A stretch of DNA of 64,000 nucleotides. Origin: the human T2T-CHM13v2.0 reference genome, Homo sapiens. A model generated the notes under the pieces. That model saw only the letters and a program-made list of their open reading frames with translations. It ran no database searches and was not told where the DNA came from. Positions 40,970 to 56,427 of the stretch are shown piece by piece. The stretch lies in assembly GCF_009914755.1 (NCBI RefSeq), contig NC_060942.1; one strand, given 5' to 3'. Within the stretch, counting starts at the first letter, position 1; each line of letters starts with the position of its first letter. Position numbers and translations under genes: made by a program.

Positions 40970-43900
40970 CTCTACATAATGCAAATTTCAAGCAGAGAGT
41001 GAAAAAAAAAAAAAAAAACTTTAACATCAAAAACTTGATAACAACTAGCCATGTTGTGTTTGAGCTGTGACTGAGGTAAAGCAGTGATTTTTTTTTAACC
41101 TCCCTCTTTTTCCTTCATACTCCATCACAGAGCTCCTGGCCCAGCTCAGACTAACATACTTGGCCATCTCTGATCCTTTCTCGTTTCCAACTAACAAGCT
41201 CTGCTGTGTGACTGCAATTCTCTGCCTGTGCATGAATGTATGCCTTTGGATTCGCTCTGGAAGAGTAACCCTTGTGGGTTACGACCACAAAAAGGAACGC
41301 ATAATGATTGTGCTGCTGTCTTCTCCATACCTCTAGCTGCAGGCTAGGCATCGAAAACCAATGAAATCAGGCAGCTCTCCTCAGCCCAGAAATTAAGATG
41401 TCGGAATGTTAACAGAGACCCACAGACGGAACAACAACACTTGTTCATTGTTGGAAAGAGAACACTGCCTTTATGCTCCTTGGATAAACAAACACTGTGC
41501 GTCTGTCAGGTGGTGGTGGCCTGGATGTTGTAAGTACACAATCAAGCATCATCTACCAGCAAATTCTTTAACTCAGGGCTTGCAAGGAAATTTCCAGAGT
41601 TCCTTCCCCTGTATACATGTTACCAGACTCTTCAGCAGCATCTGCCCTTTTGCCTTTCTGGTACCGTTTACAAGCTGAAAACACTTCTAGAAGCCAAACC
41701 CCCAACTTTCAAGGAAGGTGAGAAATGCTGTTTCTTGCTTGAGGCTCTCTTTCAACTGCCTTTCTCTTCAAGGAATAATAATGACTCCCTTCAAGAAGGC
41801 TCTGGCAGGAAGGGTGATGAAGAGAGGTAGATCCTTCTCCCTCACAGAGGAAGTTGAAATTAGCCTAATTAGATTTTCAGAGCACTTAGATACCACAGTG
41901 ATAGACGCCATCTAAATACATAGACAGATAGGAAGAGAGCACAGATGTTGTGTGAGACCAGTGATTTAGTTCCAAGTCAATACTCTTAATTAACTGCAAA
42001 CTGTTTAAATATATAACATTCCCAACATGCAGCCAGTAACACCTATATAGTACTCTTCATCTGTGTAGCTCAAAGTAGAAAGCAAAATAACCCCCATATC
42101 CAAAAGTGTAAACTGGTAATAATAATTACTTATATTTAATGCTGATACACTGCCTCTAATTCCAGGCCCCCTGATGATATTACACACTTTGTAGATAATT
42201 GTCTCTTGTCCAAAACAGGAATGCAGCCATCAGTGAGAAGCAAAAACAGCTGCAATCTAAAAGATACCAACTCTTCTGTATAGAGGGAAGTGTTTTGTTC
42301 TGCTTTAATAGCAACTGGCCTAAGAAAAATGCATCTGCTTCCTACACTGGTTGGTGCCTGGTTGTTGTTAATAGTTGTAGGCTAAGCCCCTTGTCCAAAG
42401 TGAAGGTTGGGAGGAGGCTCACTTCTCACTTGGGGAAGTCATAGTCTGTGACCTTCAGAATGAAATAAGCCTTAAGACACAAGCAAAATGCCTTGTGGTC
42501 ATCAAGCCACATCCACTCATATTTGGGAACCCCTTGCCTGTGGAATCTCCAAGACCATTGACAGTACTCACAGATGACATTCTTTTTTTCTAGAAGTTGA
42601 AGAAAGACACATAATTGGCTTGTAGTATATTCTCTTATTGGTCATACAAGAAACTCCACTGAGTAAATATGGTCCCCTCGCTTGTTGTTTCAGAAGGTGA
42701 CCAAAAAGCCTGTAAAAAAAAAATGAGGACTAGCTCCTCAAGGGACAGACCTTGTGATTGAGACTATGAGAATCTTTCTTTTTTAAAGCAATAAATATTT
42801 GTGAATGTACACTGAGGAATCAATTGTGTAATTGCAGTAGCAGTCAGAATTTTTATTTAATCATACAACAAATATTTATGAAGCATTTATTTTGTGTGAA
42901 ATCGTGGATGTACAGTAATAAAGTATGTACCTACCCTCGTGCTCATGTGCTGTACATAAAGAAGACAAAGACTAAAGACATAACCATAAACACATCTAGT
43001 AATGGTGTTGGAGTCGCTATATAAACCCTCCTACAGATGACGATTATAAAATCTGTAAAACAAAAAAAAAAAAGAACAACTATTTATAGGAATAAGAACA
43101 CATCCAAAAGTGGAAGACAGAAGGCAGATTACTTTTAAACACCTCGAAGGGGGAAGAATTGGGAGTTTGCAGTTATCCTGCCTGAAGATGTTCCCCAATA
43201 CCCCTGGCCAGGGCAAAGAAAAATATCAGTCACATTCCAGGCTCAAGGTAACAGAGAACAGAGGACAGGAGAAATTTTGGGGGAAAATCTATAAGATAAT
43301 GGGAAAAGGATTGAAACCCCCAAATCTTGAGTAAAAATTTTTGCCCACATCATTGGTTGGCTAGTAAAGTATGCATATGTGGGGCAGAATCTGACAAAGG
43401 CATTAGAAAAGCAGGCAAAGGCCAGACAGGATTTTAGTCTGTAAAGATAGAACTGCACCAGATGAGTTCTCTGAATTTACCAAGAGGATATTTAGCAGCT
43501 GGAAGTCATAAAAACTGAGACAAGATCAACGGCTACACACCACAGAGGAGACTAAGTTTTCTGTTTAAGTTCAAGCAAATTAATTGCTTAATGAAACAAT
43601 AACACGAGTATTTAAGAACATAACTGATTGTAGTCACATTGTATTTTCTACAATGTCCACTTTTCAAACAAAAATTACTAAACATGCAAAGATACAGAAA
43701 CATGTGACCCATACTCAAGAAAAACAAAAAACGTCAATAGAAACTGACTTTAATGGAGCCCAGATGTTGGATTTAGCAGGAAAGAAACTTCAAATCAGGT
43801 ATTCTAATACTTTCAAAGTATTCAAGGAAAATGGTCTTAATGAAAGAGCTGTTAGAAAATCTCAACAGAGGAATGACACTATAAGAAAGGGAAACTCTAG

Positions 43901-45362
43901 AGCTAAGAAGCACCATCACTTAAGTGAAGAATTTACTCATTTCAGTTAAATAAAAAATTAACTAAAATTTAGTTTTAAAGACAGATTGAAGTATCAGAAG
44001 AAAGAGTTAATAAACTTTAAATGAGATTAACCGAAATTACTCAATCTGAATAACACAAAGAAAAAAACTTGAAGAAAAATAAACAGAGCATCAGAGACCT
44101 ATTTATATCAAGAGATAAAAAGTGGTGTAATTGGAATGGTAGGCGGAGAGAATAGGAGAGAAGAGAAAGGGGCAGGAAAGTGTTAAAAGAAAGAATGGCC
44201 TATAACTTCAAAAATTTTATGGAAAAAACTTTAAATTACAAATCTAGGAAACTCAGCAAACCCTAGCCAGAATAAACCTTCATAGTGAAAATGCTGAAAG
44301 TCAAAGATAATGAGAAAATCTTTAAAGCAGCCAGAGAAAGATGGCATGTTACATACAGGAGAACAATGATATGATCAATGGTGACTTTACATCAAAGTAA
44401 TGAAAGTCATATGAAATTAGAATGGCATATTTCAACTGTTGGAGAGAGAAAAAAACTGGCAACCAAGAATTTTGTATCCAAAGAATTTATCCTTCATATA
44501 TGAAAGAGAAATTAAGGCATTGCCAGATAAACAAAACTAAGATAATTAATTGCTAGCAGAACTGTGCTACTACAAAAGCTAAAGTAGGTTTCAAATTTAA
44601 TTTTTTTTATTTTCACTTCTCTCAGCTCATACCTATAAAGTTAGTTTTTGAGGCTGAAAGGAAATGACACCAGCAAATGTGTCATAAGCAAAATTTGTAA
44701 AACTGTATTATTGAGTTGATAACATATTGATTTCATATTCAAATGACAACAATAACACTAAAATAGGAAGACAGGGAAATTAAAATATACTGTTGCAAGG
44801 TTACTATATTTTATCTGAAATTATTCAGTATGAACTCTAAGTAGATTGGGACAAGTGAAAGATGAAAGATATATGTTGTTACCTCTAGAACAATGCTATT
44901 AAAATTTAATAATTAGCTCGATATAGCTAGAAAGCCAGTAAAGAAATTAAACAAAATACTAAAAAATGTTTGATTAACACAAAAGAAGGTAGTAAAGGAG
45001 GAACAAACAAGCATCAAGAGAGATAAGACAAGACAAACAAAATAAACAGCAAAATGGTGACCTAAAATCATCTATTTCAACAACTGCACCAAATTTAAAT
45101 TAGTCAGATATCCAATCAAAAGACATGATTGTCAGACTGAATAAGAAATGAAGAATTAATTATATGCTGTCTACAGGAGGTGCCCTTGAAATATATAGAA
45201 ACAAATAGGTTAAGAGTAAAAAGATTGAAAAAGTCATGTCATGCTAATAGTAGGCACAAGAAAATAAGATTGGCTATATTAATAGCAGAAAAAATAGACT
45301 TCAACATGAGATGTATTGTTAGAGACAAAGAGGGAAACTTTATAATGGCAAATGGGTAAATA

Positions 45363-45426
45363 TTAGCTTGGTGTAAAAGTAATTGTGTTTTTTGCCAAAA
45401 CCGCAATTACTTTTGCACCAACCTAA
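45363..45426. mobile_element. MADE1 (Hsmar1-derived MITE) with central deletion and TA TSDs
   Basis: ta|ttagcttggtgtaaaagtaattg...caattacttttgcaccaacctaa|ta; 64 bp versus ~80 bp consensus. Confidence 0.92.
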
Positions 45427-46553
45427 TATATCAGAAAAACATAATAATTATATATATTTATGTATCTAATAAGACAGCTTCAATATAACCAAGGAAAAAT
45501 TGACAGAGAAATAGACAAATCCACAATCACAGTTACAGACTTTCACAAATGTCTCAGTAATTGATATGCTAGCTAGACCAAAAAAAAAGTCATTGAGGAT
45601 CTAGAAGAATTAAGTGACCCTATCAACCACTTTTACCTAATTGTGATTTATAGCAGACTATATCCAACAAATGCAGAATATATATTCTTTTAAATTCATA
45701 TGGTAGATCCACAAAAGTAGAGCATATGCTGACTAAAACAAGTCTCAATATATTTCAAAAGATTACCATATTACAGAGTGCTTTTTCTGACTACAATGAA
45801 ATTTAATTGAAACTCAACAACAATAAAATTTTAAGAAAACCTCAAATATTTAGAAATCAAACAACTCACTTTTAATAATCCATGACACAATGTAGAAATT
45901 ATGAAGAAAATTTTAACATATTTTAAACTAAATAGTAATGAAACACAACATATCAAAGTTTGCAGAAGGCAGCAAATGTCCTACTTAGAGGGAAGTTTAT
46001 GGCTTTAAATGCTGATAGTAGAAAAAAATAGTATAAAATCAATAATTGAACTATCCATTTTAGGAAGCTAGAAAAGGAAGACCAAACTATATGCAAAGTA
46101 AGTAGAAGAAAGAAGTAGTAAAGAGTAAAAAGAAAAAAATCAGAGAAATAGAAATAAACAACAAAAAATATTAACAAAGCCAAAAAAGTTTAGCTTGAAA
46201 GAATCAGTAAAATTAATAGTGTTCTAGAAAGATCAAAAAGAATGAGAGAAGGCACAAGTTACCAATATGAGCAGAACTTCACTACAGGTCCAACAAACAT
46301 TAAAATGAGAATATAGAAATATCATGAACAATTTTACACCAGGAGTTTCAACACCGTAAATGAAATTGAAAAATTTCTTGAAAGGCACAAATTTTCAGAA
46401 TGGAGACAAGAAAAAATAGAAAATTGAATAGCCTTGTCTTAAAAGAAATTGGATTAATAAAAACTTTTCCAGAAGGAAAGTGGTGAGTTCTATCAAACAT
46501 TTGAGGAAGAAAAAATACAAATTTCACATAACGTCTTTTGGGAGTTACTTTCC

Positions 46554-46935
<382 letters not shown>

Positions 46936-47194
46936 TCAAGAATACAGACACAAAAAATTCTTAGCCAAATGTACCAAGTCAAATACAGCAAAATGTAAAA
47001 GGAGGACTACATCTTGAACAAATGAGATGTAAAGCCTGATTTAACATTCAATAATAAATCAATGTAATTTGTGTATTTTTAATAAGGCAAAAAAATTATT
47101 TCGCTAGATGCTCAGAAAACCTTTAACAAATTTCAACACCTATTCATAATGAGAGCTAGTAAACTAGTAATAGGAGATAACGTCTTCCCATTGA

Positions 47195-47512
<318 letters not shown>

Positions 47513-47542
47513 AGGAAAATCTATGTTTAAAAAGCCTATACA

Positions 47543-47835
47543 CGAGGTACAGTGGCTTATGCCTGTAATCCCAATGACTCTGGAGGCTGAGGTGGTGGGA
47601 TCACTTGAGGCCAGGAGTTCAAGACCAGCCTGAGCAACAAAATGAGACCCTGTCTCTACAAATAGTAACAATAATGATAAACTAGCCAGGCACGGTGGTG
47701 CACTCCTGTAGTCCCAGCTATTTAGGAGGATTGCTTGAGCCCAGAAATTCAAGGTTGCAGTGAGCTATGATGGCACCACTGCACTCTAGCCTGAGCAACA
47801 GAGTGAGATCCTGTCTCAAAAACAAACAAACAAAC
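47543..47835 (+). mobile_element. AluJ-type with small internal deletion and (AAAC)n tail
   Basis: gggatcacttgaggccaggagttcaagaccagcctg...gcagtgagctatgat. Confidence 0.93.
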
Positions 47836-48000
47836 CCAAAAAGCAAAACTTCTACAATAACATACTAAATGATAAAAAATGGAATGCCTTCCACTGAGAT
47901 CAGGAACAAGCAGGGATATTCACTTTCACCACTTCAATTTAGCATTGTACTTCAGCTCCTAGACATTGTAATAAAGAATGAAAAGATGTAAATAAAAGTG

Positions 48001-48180
48001 ATTGTAACATTTCCTTTCCCCACCAACAGCATGTGAGAATTTCAGTTGTTCCACATCCTCACCAAAACTATTTTCCGTCTTTTTTACATTAGCTATTCTG
48101 AAGGTTGTGAAGTGGTATCTCACTGTGATGACTAGTAATTTTGAACATTTTTTAATGTGCTTATAGCCATTCATATGTAC
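48001..48180 (-). mobile_element. Short antisense L1 ORF2 3' fragment embedded in the sense L1
   Basis: cccaccaacagcatgtgagaatttcagttgttccacatcctcaccaa...gtggtatctcactgtg. Confidence 0.8.
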
Positions 48181-48345
48181 ATTGGAAAGAAAGAAACAAA
48201 AGCCTATATTTGATAATTCTATGATCATGCACTTACAAAATCTTAAGGACTTTACAAAAAAGAAAGGCAGTAGGTCTAATAAATGAATTTAGCAAGATCA
48301 AAGGATTTGAGGTCAATATACAAACCAATTGCATCCTATATGCTA

Positions 48346-48660
<315 letters not shown>

Positions 48661-48739
48661 GTGAAAAACATTACCATTACATTTTACTATAGCATCTGAA
48701 ACATGAAATACTTAGGGATAAACTTAAGATATATGCAGA

Positions 48740-48910
48740 GCTTTCCTATTTTTTTATTTCTTGAGCTCCCAGGAGCACTTTTCACATATTAATTGTAGTA
48801 GCTCTTATGGTGAATTGATTATTTGTAGTAATTCTTGGGCAAAGGCTATGTCCTGCTCATTGCCTTATCACCAGTGCCTAGCATAGAGCCCAGCAACATA
48901 AATTAATAAA
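48740..48910 (+). mobile_element. L2 3' fragment
   Basis: tcttgggcaaaggctatgtcctgctcattg...tatcaccagtgcctagcatagagcccagca. Confidence 0.6.
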
Positions 48911-50339
48911 TCTCTCTGTATGTTTATCCTAAAAACACAACATGTGTACATGAAAGGAAGTTTTGAAAATGGAAAAATGTGGAGGATATATTCTCCATAG
49001 TCCCTTCTCTGTCAATGTTTTGGATTATTTCCTTCCAGCCTTTATTTTTCCCTATAGGTAGAGTTTTGGAATTTTTCTTAACATAGTATTCATACAGTAG
49101 CATGTTTGTATAATAATGGTTGAACTTCTATCTTATTCATTTTGAAATTTCCTTTAGTTACAATTGGTTATTTTGATTTACTGGAACACAATAAAATATA
49201 ATTGGCTGCCAGAAAGAGGCTGTCCTCATAAAAAAACAGTGAGTCGGTGTCTTCATGCAATCACTGGTGTGGTTCTCCTACCTCAACCCCGTCCTCACAC
49301 TCACCTGTGTTGTGTTAACTCTGAGGGGATTTCTCCCAGGTGTTCTTTTGTAAAACTCTTGCATAACTGCTTTTTAGGCTTCCTCATCCAAGGGCACATT
49401 AAAAACAGAAAGCCGGAGATGAAGTGTGTGCCCCTTATAGACAAATTGGGGTCATGATCTGAAGATGTCTAATATACTGGATCGAAACTACCCTAAAAAA
49501 CAATGCTGGCCAAAAAAAGTACCTAAATGCTAAGTAAAATGAGTTCCTGCCCCAATTCCTCGTGCATCAAGGAACAACTTAGGTCACAGTCGAAACTCAG
49601 AGTTCAAAAACAATGAACTCCATACACAGAGAAAAATAAGATTCAAACAGGGAAGGACTTTTCCAGATAGACCAATACAAGTGTTTGTCAGCCATGATAA
49701 AAATGCTCAGATCACAGTATCAAGCATCCAAGAAATGTCCAACAGCAGTAACAACAGAAATAAAACTCTGGTCATTAGATACAACAGACCAATGGGATCG
49801 TTGTCTTGGAGCTAAAGACAGAACAAAACCTAGATTGATTGAAATTTGCTATATCAACTCAGAGATACATGGACTTTCTGAAGTAGTACTGCAGACAGAT
49901 ACTTATTAGCCACTGTAAGAAGCAATTCTCCATGAGCTCTTTCCTTGAAAATTAGATACTGTAGTTCCAAACTGTGTGTGTTCACTTCTAACAGAGTAGA
50001 GATATGCCTAGGGAAAACAAAAGGAAGAAGGGAAAGAGATAATCACACAATTGCCTAACAACCCTTTGCAAAACCCACTCTTCCAGACACCTGGGAGAAG
50101 TGGGCTGGCTAGACAGAAATAACCTCTAGGTGACACTTTATATGCCTTCACTGGATGCCAAAAGAAATCAGACAGGAAAGGTAAGGAAAAACTAATTTGA
50201 TGAAAAAGACCAGCTGAAATGAGAGAGGAGTGACTCTTCTGGTAACCAAGGTATCTGGCCAGCCATGCACCAGAGTTCTTCCTCAACACAATTCTCCTAA
50301 GAGCTACCATTTTCAAGACCCTGCAGAGCTCAGCACCTC

Positions 50340-50555
50340 AGGGCAGCCTGCTCTGGTTGCCTGGAATGTGCTCCTTCATGCACTTCATCACATTGTACTG
50401 GAATTGAAGTTGTTATTCTTTTTCTCCCCACCAGGTCAGTATAGTTTGTTGCAGTGAAGTGTTTATCTGTAATGATTCTAGGGTAAACACTATGTCACAG
50501 TCATTGCCTTCTGCCAATGCCTAGTATAGAGCCCCGCTAAATGAATTAACGAATA
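50340..50555 (+). mobile_element. L2 3' fragment
   Basis: tgcctggaatgtgctcct...ccaatgcctagtatagagcc...aatgaattaacgaat. Confidence 0.5.
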
Positions 50556-50559
50556 CTTA

Positions 50560-51167
<608 letters not shown>

Positions 51168-51802
51168 CCCCATACAATATATGTGCATAAAAGGAAATGT
51201 TTACACTCCCTGAAAACTGTGTCTTATTTCTTGTTCCCCAGAGCTTAGTAAGATGCCTGACACATTGTAATCACTTCATACCTTCTAAATGAATTCAAAC
51301 TTTGAATCAAGTTCAGGCTCTGACTTTAAACTCAGCAAATGACCCTACCTTCAGTTTATAAAACTGGCCAATAACTGAAACTAAAAATCAGATTGCACAT
51401 TGTTCTTTGAGCAAAGCCATCTGTCAGGATTTTTAAAAATTAGAATATCTCAGAATGACCGCAACTGGACTCAATTTGGGTGGTGTACCCCTGACCCAAT
51501 CTCCCCATTATCTTTCAGCAAATTCCAAAGAGCCTGCTTGTGCCCCAATGCCCAGCTGCTGGGTAAAAATAATGATGTTGAATCAATCTGGAAGCAGCCA
51601 CCAATATGAGTAGACTTCAAGAAAGAAGCTCTTCTTGATGTTGTGTTTTCTCCAACCGCAAATGGAGTAGTTTTTCACTATAGCCACTCCAAAGAAAAAA
51701 GAAGGACCTGTTAGAAGAACAGGAAAGAAAAGCTAGTGATATACTTTCAGAACAAGAACAGAAAGTAGGTGATTCACATTATTTAAACCTTTAAAAAAGA
51801 AA

Positions 51803-52450
51803 AGTACCCCAGTCAGAATAGCCATTCTTAAAAAGTCAGAAAACAACAGATGTTGGCAAGGTTGCAGAGAAAAGGGAACACATATACACTGTTGGTGGGA
51901 ATGTAAATTAGTACAACCTCTATGGACAATAGTATGGAGATTTCTCACAGAACTAGAAAGAGAATGACCATTTGATCCAGCAATTTCACTACTGGGTATC
52001 TACCTGCAAGAAAAGAAATCATCATATCAAAAGACACCTCCATTCGTATGTTTATTGCAGCACTATTCACAATAGCAAAGTCATGGAATCAACCTGTGTC
52101 CATCAGTGAAGGACTGGATAAAGGAAATGTGGTAAATATATGCCATGGAATACTACTCAGCCATGAAAAAGAAAGAACTCATGTCTTCTGCAGCAACATG
52201 GATGGAGCTTGAGGCCATTATCCTAAGTAAAATGAGCCAAAAACAGAAGGTCAAAACCCATGTTCTCACCTGTAAGTGAGAGCTAAACAATGAATACACA
52301 TGGACATACAGAGTGGACTAATAGACACTGGAGACTAAAGAAAGGGGGAGGGTAGAGGGGTGAAATGCTACCAGTCAGGTACAGGGTACACTATTCAGAT
52401 GACGGTTACACTAAAAGCCCAGACTTTACCACTACACAATATATCCATGT
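51803..52450 (+). mobile_element. L1PB/L1PA16-era 3' end
   Basis: accccagtcagaatagccatt...ggaatactactcagccat...acactaaaagcccagactttaccactacacaatatatccatgt. Confidence 0.9.
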
Positions 52451-52612
52451 GTATTAGTCAGGGCTCTCTAGAGGGACAGAACTAATAGGAGACATCTACC
52501 TATCTATCTATCTATCTATCTATATGGGAATTTACTAAGTATTAACTTACATGATCACAAATTCCCACAATAGGTTGTCTGCAAGCTTGAGGAGCAAGGA
52601 GAGCCAGTCTGC
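52450..52612 (-). mobile_element. MLT2A-type ERVL LTR fragment with internal (TATC)n
   Basis: tgtattagtcagggctctctagagggacagaactaatagga...cccacaataggttgtctgcaagcttgaggagcaagga. Confidence 0.85.
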
Positions 52613-53369
52613 TTCCCAGACCTTCATCCTCTGTCATTAGTATCATACATGTCCTTTGATTTCCCTCTTCTTCAGGAAAGCACTTGAGGATGCTTCTTTC
52701 CAGAGCACCTCTTTTCCCTGCACATTGCTCCTCCTTTCTTAGTCTGAAGGAACTGAAACTGACATTTAGTCTGACCTAAATTTGTCTCCATTATTTGTCC
52801 AAAGGTAAGAACGGCATATAGCTGGCACGTGCACTACCACAGCCTCTGCCTCGAGTGGCCATGGCAGACACTGCCATTCAATCCTGGTCTGAACACAACC
52901 CCCTTCCCAACACAGCTGTCTACATCCTACCCGTCAGAGCAGGCACACCATGTGAAACTTCTCTGCCATTCCTTGCCTAGTGGCTCTGTACACAGTGTTC
53001 CTAAGGTAGGTTTGCAGCTTTGGTTCCAACTCTCAAGCAAAAAGAAGCTTTATCTCCTTGGTTATTTGCAAGGGAGATTCGAAGAGAATCTGGGGAATAA
53101 TAGTGTTAGCTTTATTAATAGCTGATGAGCCTATAGGTCTGAGATGCTTACACATGGGCCTCTTCGGGAAGAGGGAAGACTACATTATTACTAAAGTCCC
53201 TTCCTTAGGAAGACACATTGCAAAGAAAGCCAGAAACTCAAGAAGTTTGTTCACATTAGTTCTGCCTTGTTCTTTTATCATTACCCAGCTGAAATGTCTC
53301 AGGCAGTCATATTAGGGTAATGATAAGATTGGCTTTATACATCATGGAAGTGCATGCAAAACTATGGGA

Positions 53370-53530
53370 TTTAGAGAATTGTAAAGCTAGAAAGAGCCTT
53401 AGAGGTTCTTGAATCCAACCTTCTTAGAAGAAACTGAAACCCAGATAAGTGAAGTGACCTGTCGTAGGTTCCTAAACCCAATAGCAGCCGAGCAAGGCCT
53501 TAGATGAGACCACAGGATCTTGTAGTCAGG
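53370..53530 (-). mobile_element. MIR/MIR3 fragment
   Basis: agctagaaagagccttagagg...gaagaaactgaaacccagataagtgaagtgacctg. Confidence 0.65.
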
Positions 53531-54532
53531 TGTATCCTGCTGGGCTCAGTTTCTTCCTCCATGGACTCATGGAGGATCCCCATGTTACATCCTTATTCTG
53601 CTTTGTGGTGTGAGACATTCTTCAGTGGGGGGCGCATTTGTATGAAAGAGGGTTTGCAATGACAATAATAACTACCTACACATTTTTGTTGATGAATGGT
53701 TCTGGATATGAGTAATTGAAATACAAGGTGACATTGAGTTTGTTATTCTTGGATGGAAAAGGGATAAAACTCTAGATGGCAGCCTTTTCAGATAAAATAT
53801 ATGAAACAAGGGAAAGGTATGATACACGAAGATAAGAAACTAGAATGATTAAATCCATGAAGACACCTATTAGTACCATTTCTTCTAAGTCAGGAAGTGA
53901 GATGAAAGGCCTGGGCTCTTCTCCCAACATTCTGTGCCCTTGGGAAAAGAGTGGGCACCCTACGTGGCAATGTGCAGGCAGAGGACAATAAATTCATCCC
54001 AAACCAACCCTAGTTCACTTTTTTCATCGGCTTGAAAGGAGCTTTCTATTTGATTGCTTTGGGGAGATAATTAAAGTGGGACACGTGGCTATATGTAACC
54101 AAAATTTGTCAACATTGGTTATATTTAAATAAGACTTTCAACAGTGGTCTCACTTCTTGGTTGAAATCACACACAAAACACAGACATTTCATGGTTTCTT
54201 GCAAGCTCTTCCCTTCTCAGGGTGGAAGGGAAGTCTGAAAGAAAACATTTGCATAGATTCAGGCCAAAAGTAGCCTATCTTTGACTTTGTATGAGGGATT
54301 AGTGGCGAAGTGTTTATTTTGTTCCTTTTGAAATAGCTAGACAATGTACTGACTTTTCTACTGAAGATTTTAAGCCCAAAAAGCCCATCTAACAATCCCT
54401 CCCCTGGACCACTACGTTTTTCCTAAATGCCCAGAGCAGAGCATTTCAAGAGGTAGGGATGCTGTTAGTCCATTTGTATCTTCCTCTCCACAATTCTGAC
54501 CTCATGCTCTGTACCATTTAGTCTTAGGAACT

Positions 54533-54631
54533 CACATATATGCACACACACACATACACACACACGTATGCATGTACACAGACATATGCGCACACGCAGG
54601 TATGCATGTGTACACACACGTACACACACAC
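54533..54631. repeat. Degenerate (CA)n/(RY)n tract
   Basis: seen directly. Confidence 0.9.
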
Positions 54632-55435
54632 TCCTGCACCTGCCACAAGCTGCAAGGTTGTCCAGTGTCTCCATCAGATGATCCCCAAGTCCCTCACAGG
54701 CTTTCAAACTCTGGCAAGCCACTTTTCACCACAAATTCCAGTTTCTCAGGGCTTTCAGACACCCTGTAGATGTAATGATACACTCTCGGTTACTGCAATA
54801 ATAATAATAATTTATACGCACGGTAGCCTTTCATCCATGAATGTTTTAACAATGACAAGTGCTACAGGAGCCCAGAGCAAAGCCTCTGGCCTCTCCCTGC
54901 AGCACCCAGCCCTCGCATGGGAGACATCATAGATCTCTCATTCTTCATGCCAACACCTCATAACCATTTCAGGCAGGAAGTAAGGAAATCTGTCCAGTCA
55001 AAACTGCAGAAAGGAGTTAGGTAATATAACACCTTTTATTTCTCTTCCCCAGAAACTCTGAGAAATGCACCAATTTGCAGAATAAACTACCCCCAGACAG
55101 TCCCCTTGAATTGTTGGTTTTGCCTGGGGATTACATATTTCCTGCGGTAGATTTTCTTCTTTCTTTGTCTTATTTCCACCCAGTACCAAATTTATTTAAA
55201 GAATAAGATAAAAATATCTATATGGCTAGGCTATCAGCCCCTCACATGAAGAGTGTGACTGTTCTATATTTACCTATCATTTAAAGATATCCCTATGAGA
55301 CATATACTCTTTTCATAAAAGGCAGTATGTCCAATAGACCAAAAATTAAAATGAAGAAGGAGGCAGAAGAGGAGACTGATAAGAAGAGGAGAAGGGAGGG
55401 GAAGCAGCAGGTACATTCTCAAGAAAACAGCATCG

Positions 55436-55673
55436 GCCAGGCACGGTGGCTCATGCCTGTAATCCCAGCACTTTGGGCAGGAGTTCAAGAGCAGCCCAGC
55501 CAACATGAAGAAATTCTGTCTCTACTAAAAATACAAAAATTAGCTGTGGCGGCACACACCTGTAATCTGAGCTCCTCGGGGGACTGAGGCATGAGAATTG
55601 CTTGAACCCGGGAGGCAGAGGTTGCAGTGAGCTGAGATGGCGCCACTGCACTCCAGCCTGGGTAACAGAGCAA
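55436..55673 (+). mobile_element. AluS-type with internal deletions
   Basis: ggccaggcacggtggctcatgcc...ctttgggcaggagttc (left-arm deletion of ~29 nt)...ccagcctgggtaacagagc. Confidence 0.94.
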
Positions 55674-56390
55674 AGAGAGACAGGGAGAGAGAGAGAGGGA
55701 GAGAGGGAGAGAGAGAGAGGGAGAGAGAGAGAGAGGGAGAGAGGGAGAGAGAGAGAGAGAGAGGGAGAGAGAGAGAGAGGGAGAGAGAGAGAGGGAGAGA
55801 GAGAGAGGGAGAGAGAGAGAGAGGGAGAGAGAGAGAGAGAGGGAGGGGGGGAGAGAGAGAGAGAGAGGGAGAGGGAGAGAGAGAGAGAGGGAGAGAGAGA
55901 GAAGGAGAGAGAGAGAGAGGGAGGGAGAGAGAGGGAGGGAGAGAGAGGGAGAGAGAGAGGGAGAGAGAGGGAGAGGGAGAGAGAGGGAGAGGGAGAGAGA
56001 GGGAGAGGGAGAGAGAGGGAGAGGGAGAGAGAGAGACAGGGAGAGAGAGAGAGAGAGAGAGAGGGAGGGGGGGAGAGAGAGAGAGAGGGAGAGAGAGAGA
56101 GGGAGAGGGAGAGGGAGAGAGAGAGAGAGAGGGAGGGAGAGAGAGAGGGCGGGAGAGAGAGAGAGAGGGAGAGAGAGAGAGAGGGAGAGAGAGAGGGAGA
56201 GGGAGAGAGAGGGAGAGAGAGAGAGAGAGGGAGAGAGAGGGGGGGAGAGAGAGAGAGAGAGAGGGAGAGGGAGAGAGAGAGAGGGGGGAGAGAGAGAGAG
56301 AGGGAGAGGGAGAGAGAGAGAGAGAGGGAGAGAGAGAGAGGGAGAGAGAGAGAGGGAGAGAGAGAGGGGGGAGAGGGAGAGAGGGGGGGG

Positions 56391-56427
<37 letters not shown>

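Noticed and set aside
43584-43949. 121-aa ORF in the L1 ORF1 region
   Set aside because: Chance open stretch in a heavily mutated old L1; no intact ORF1 or ORF2, so not an active element
53619-53637. Weaker CTCF-like matches (tcagtggggggcgc here; cctgcaggtggggc near 58567-58580)
   Set aside because: Two mismatches at informative core positions; matches of this quality are expected by chance in 64 kb
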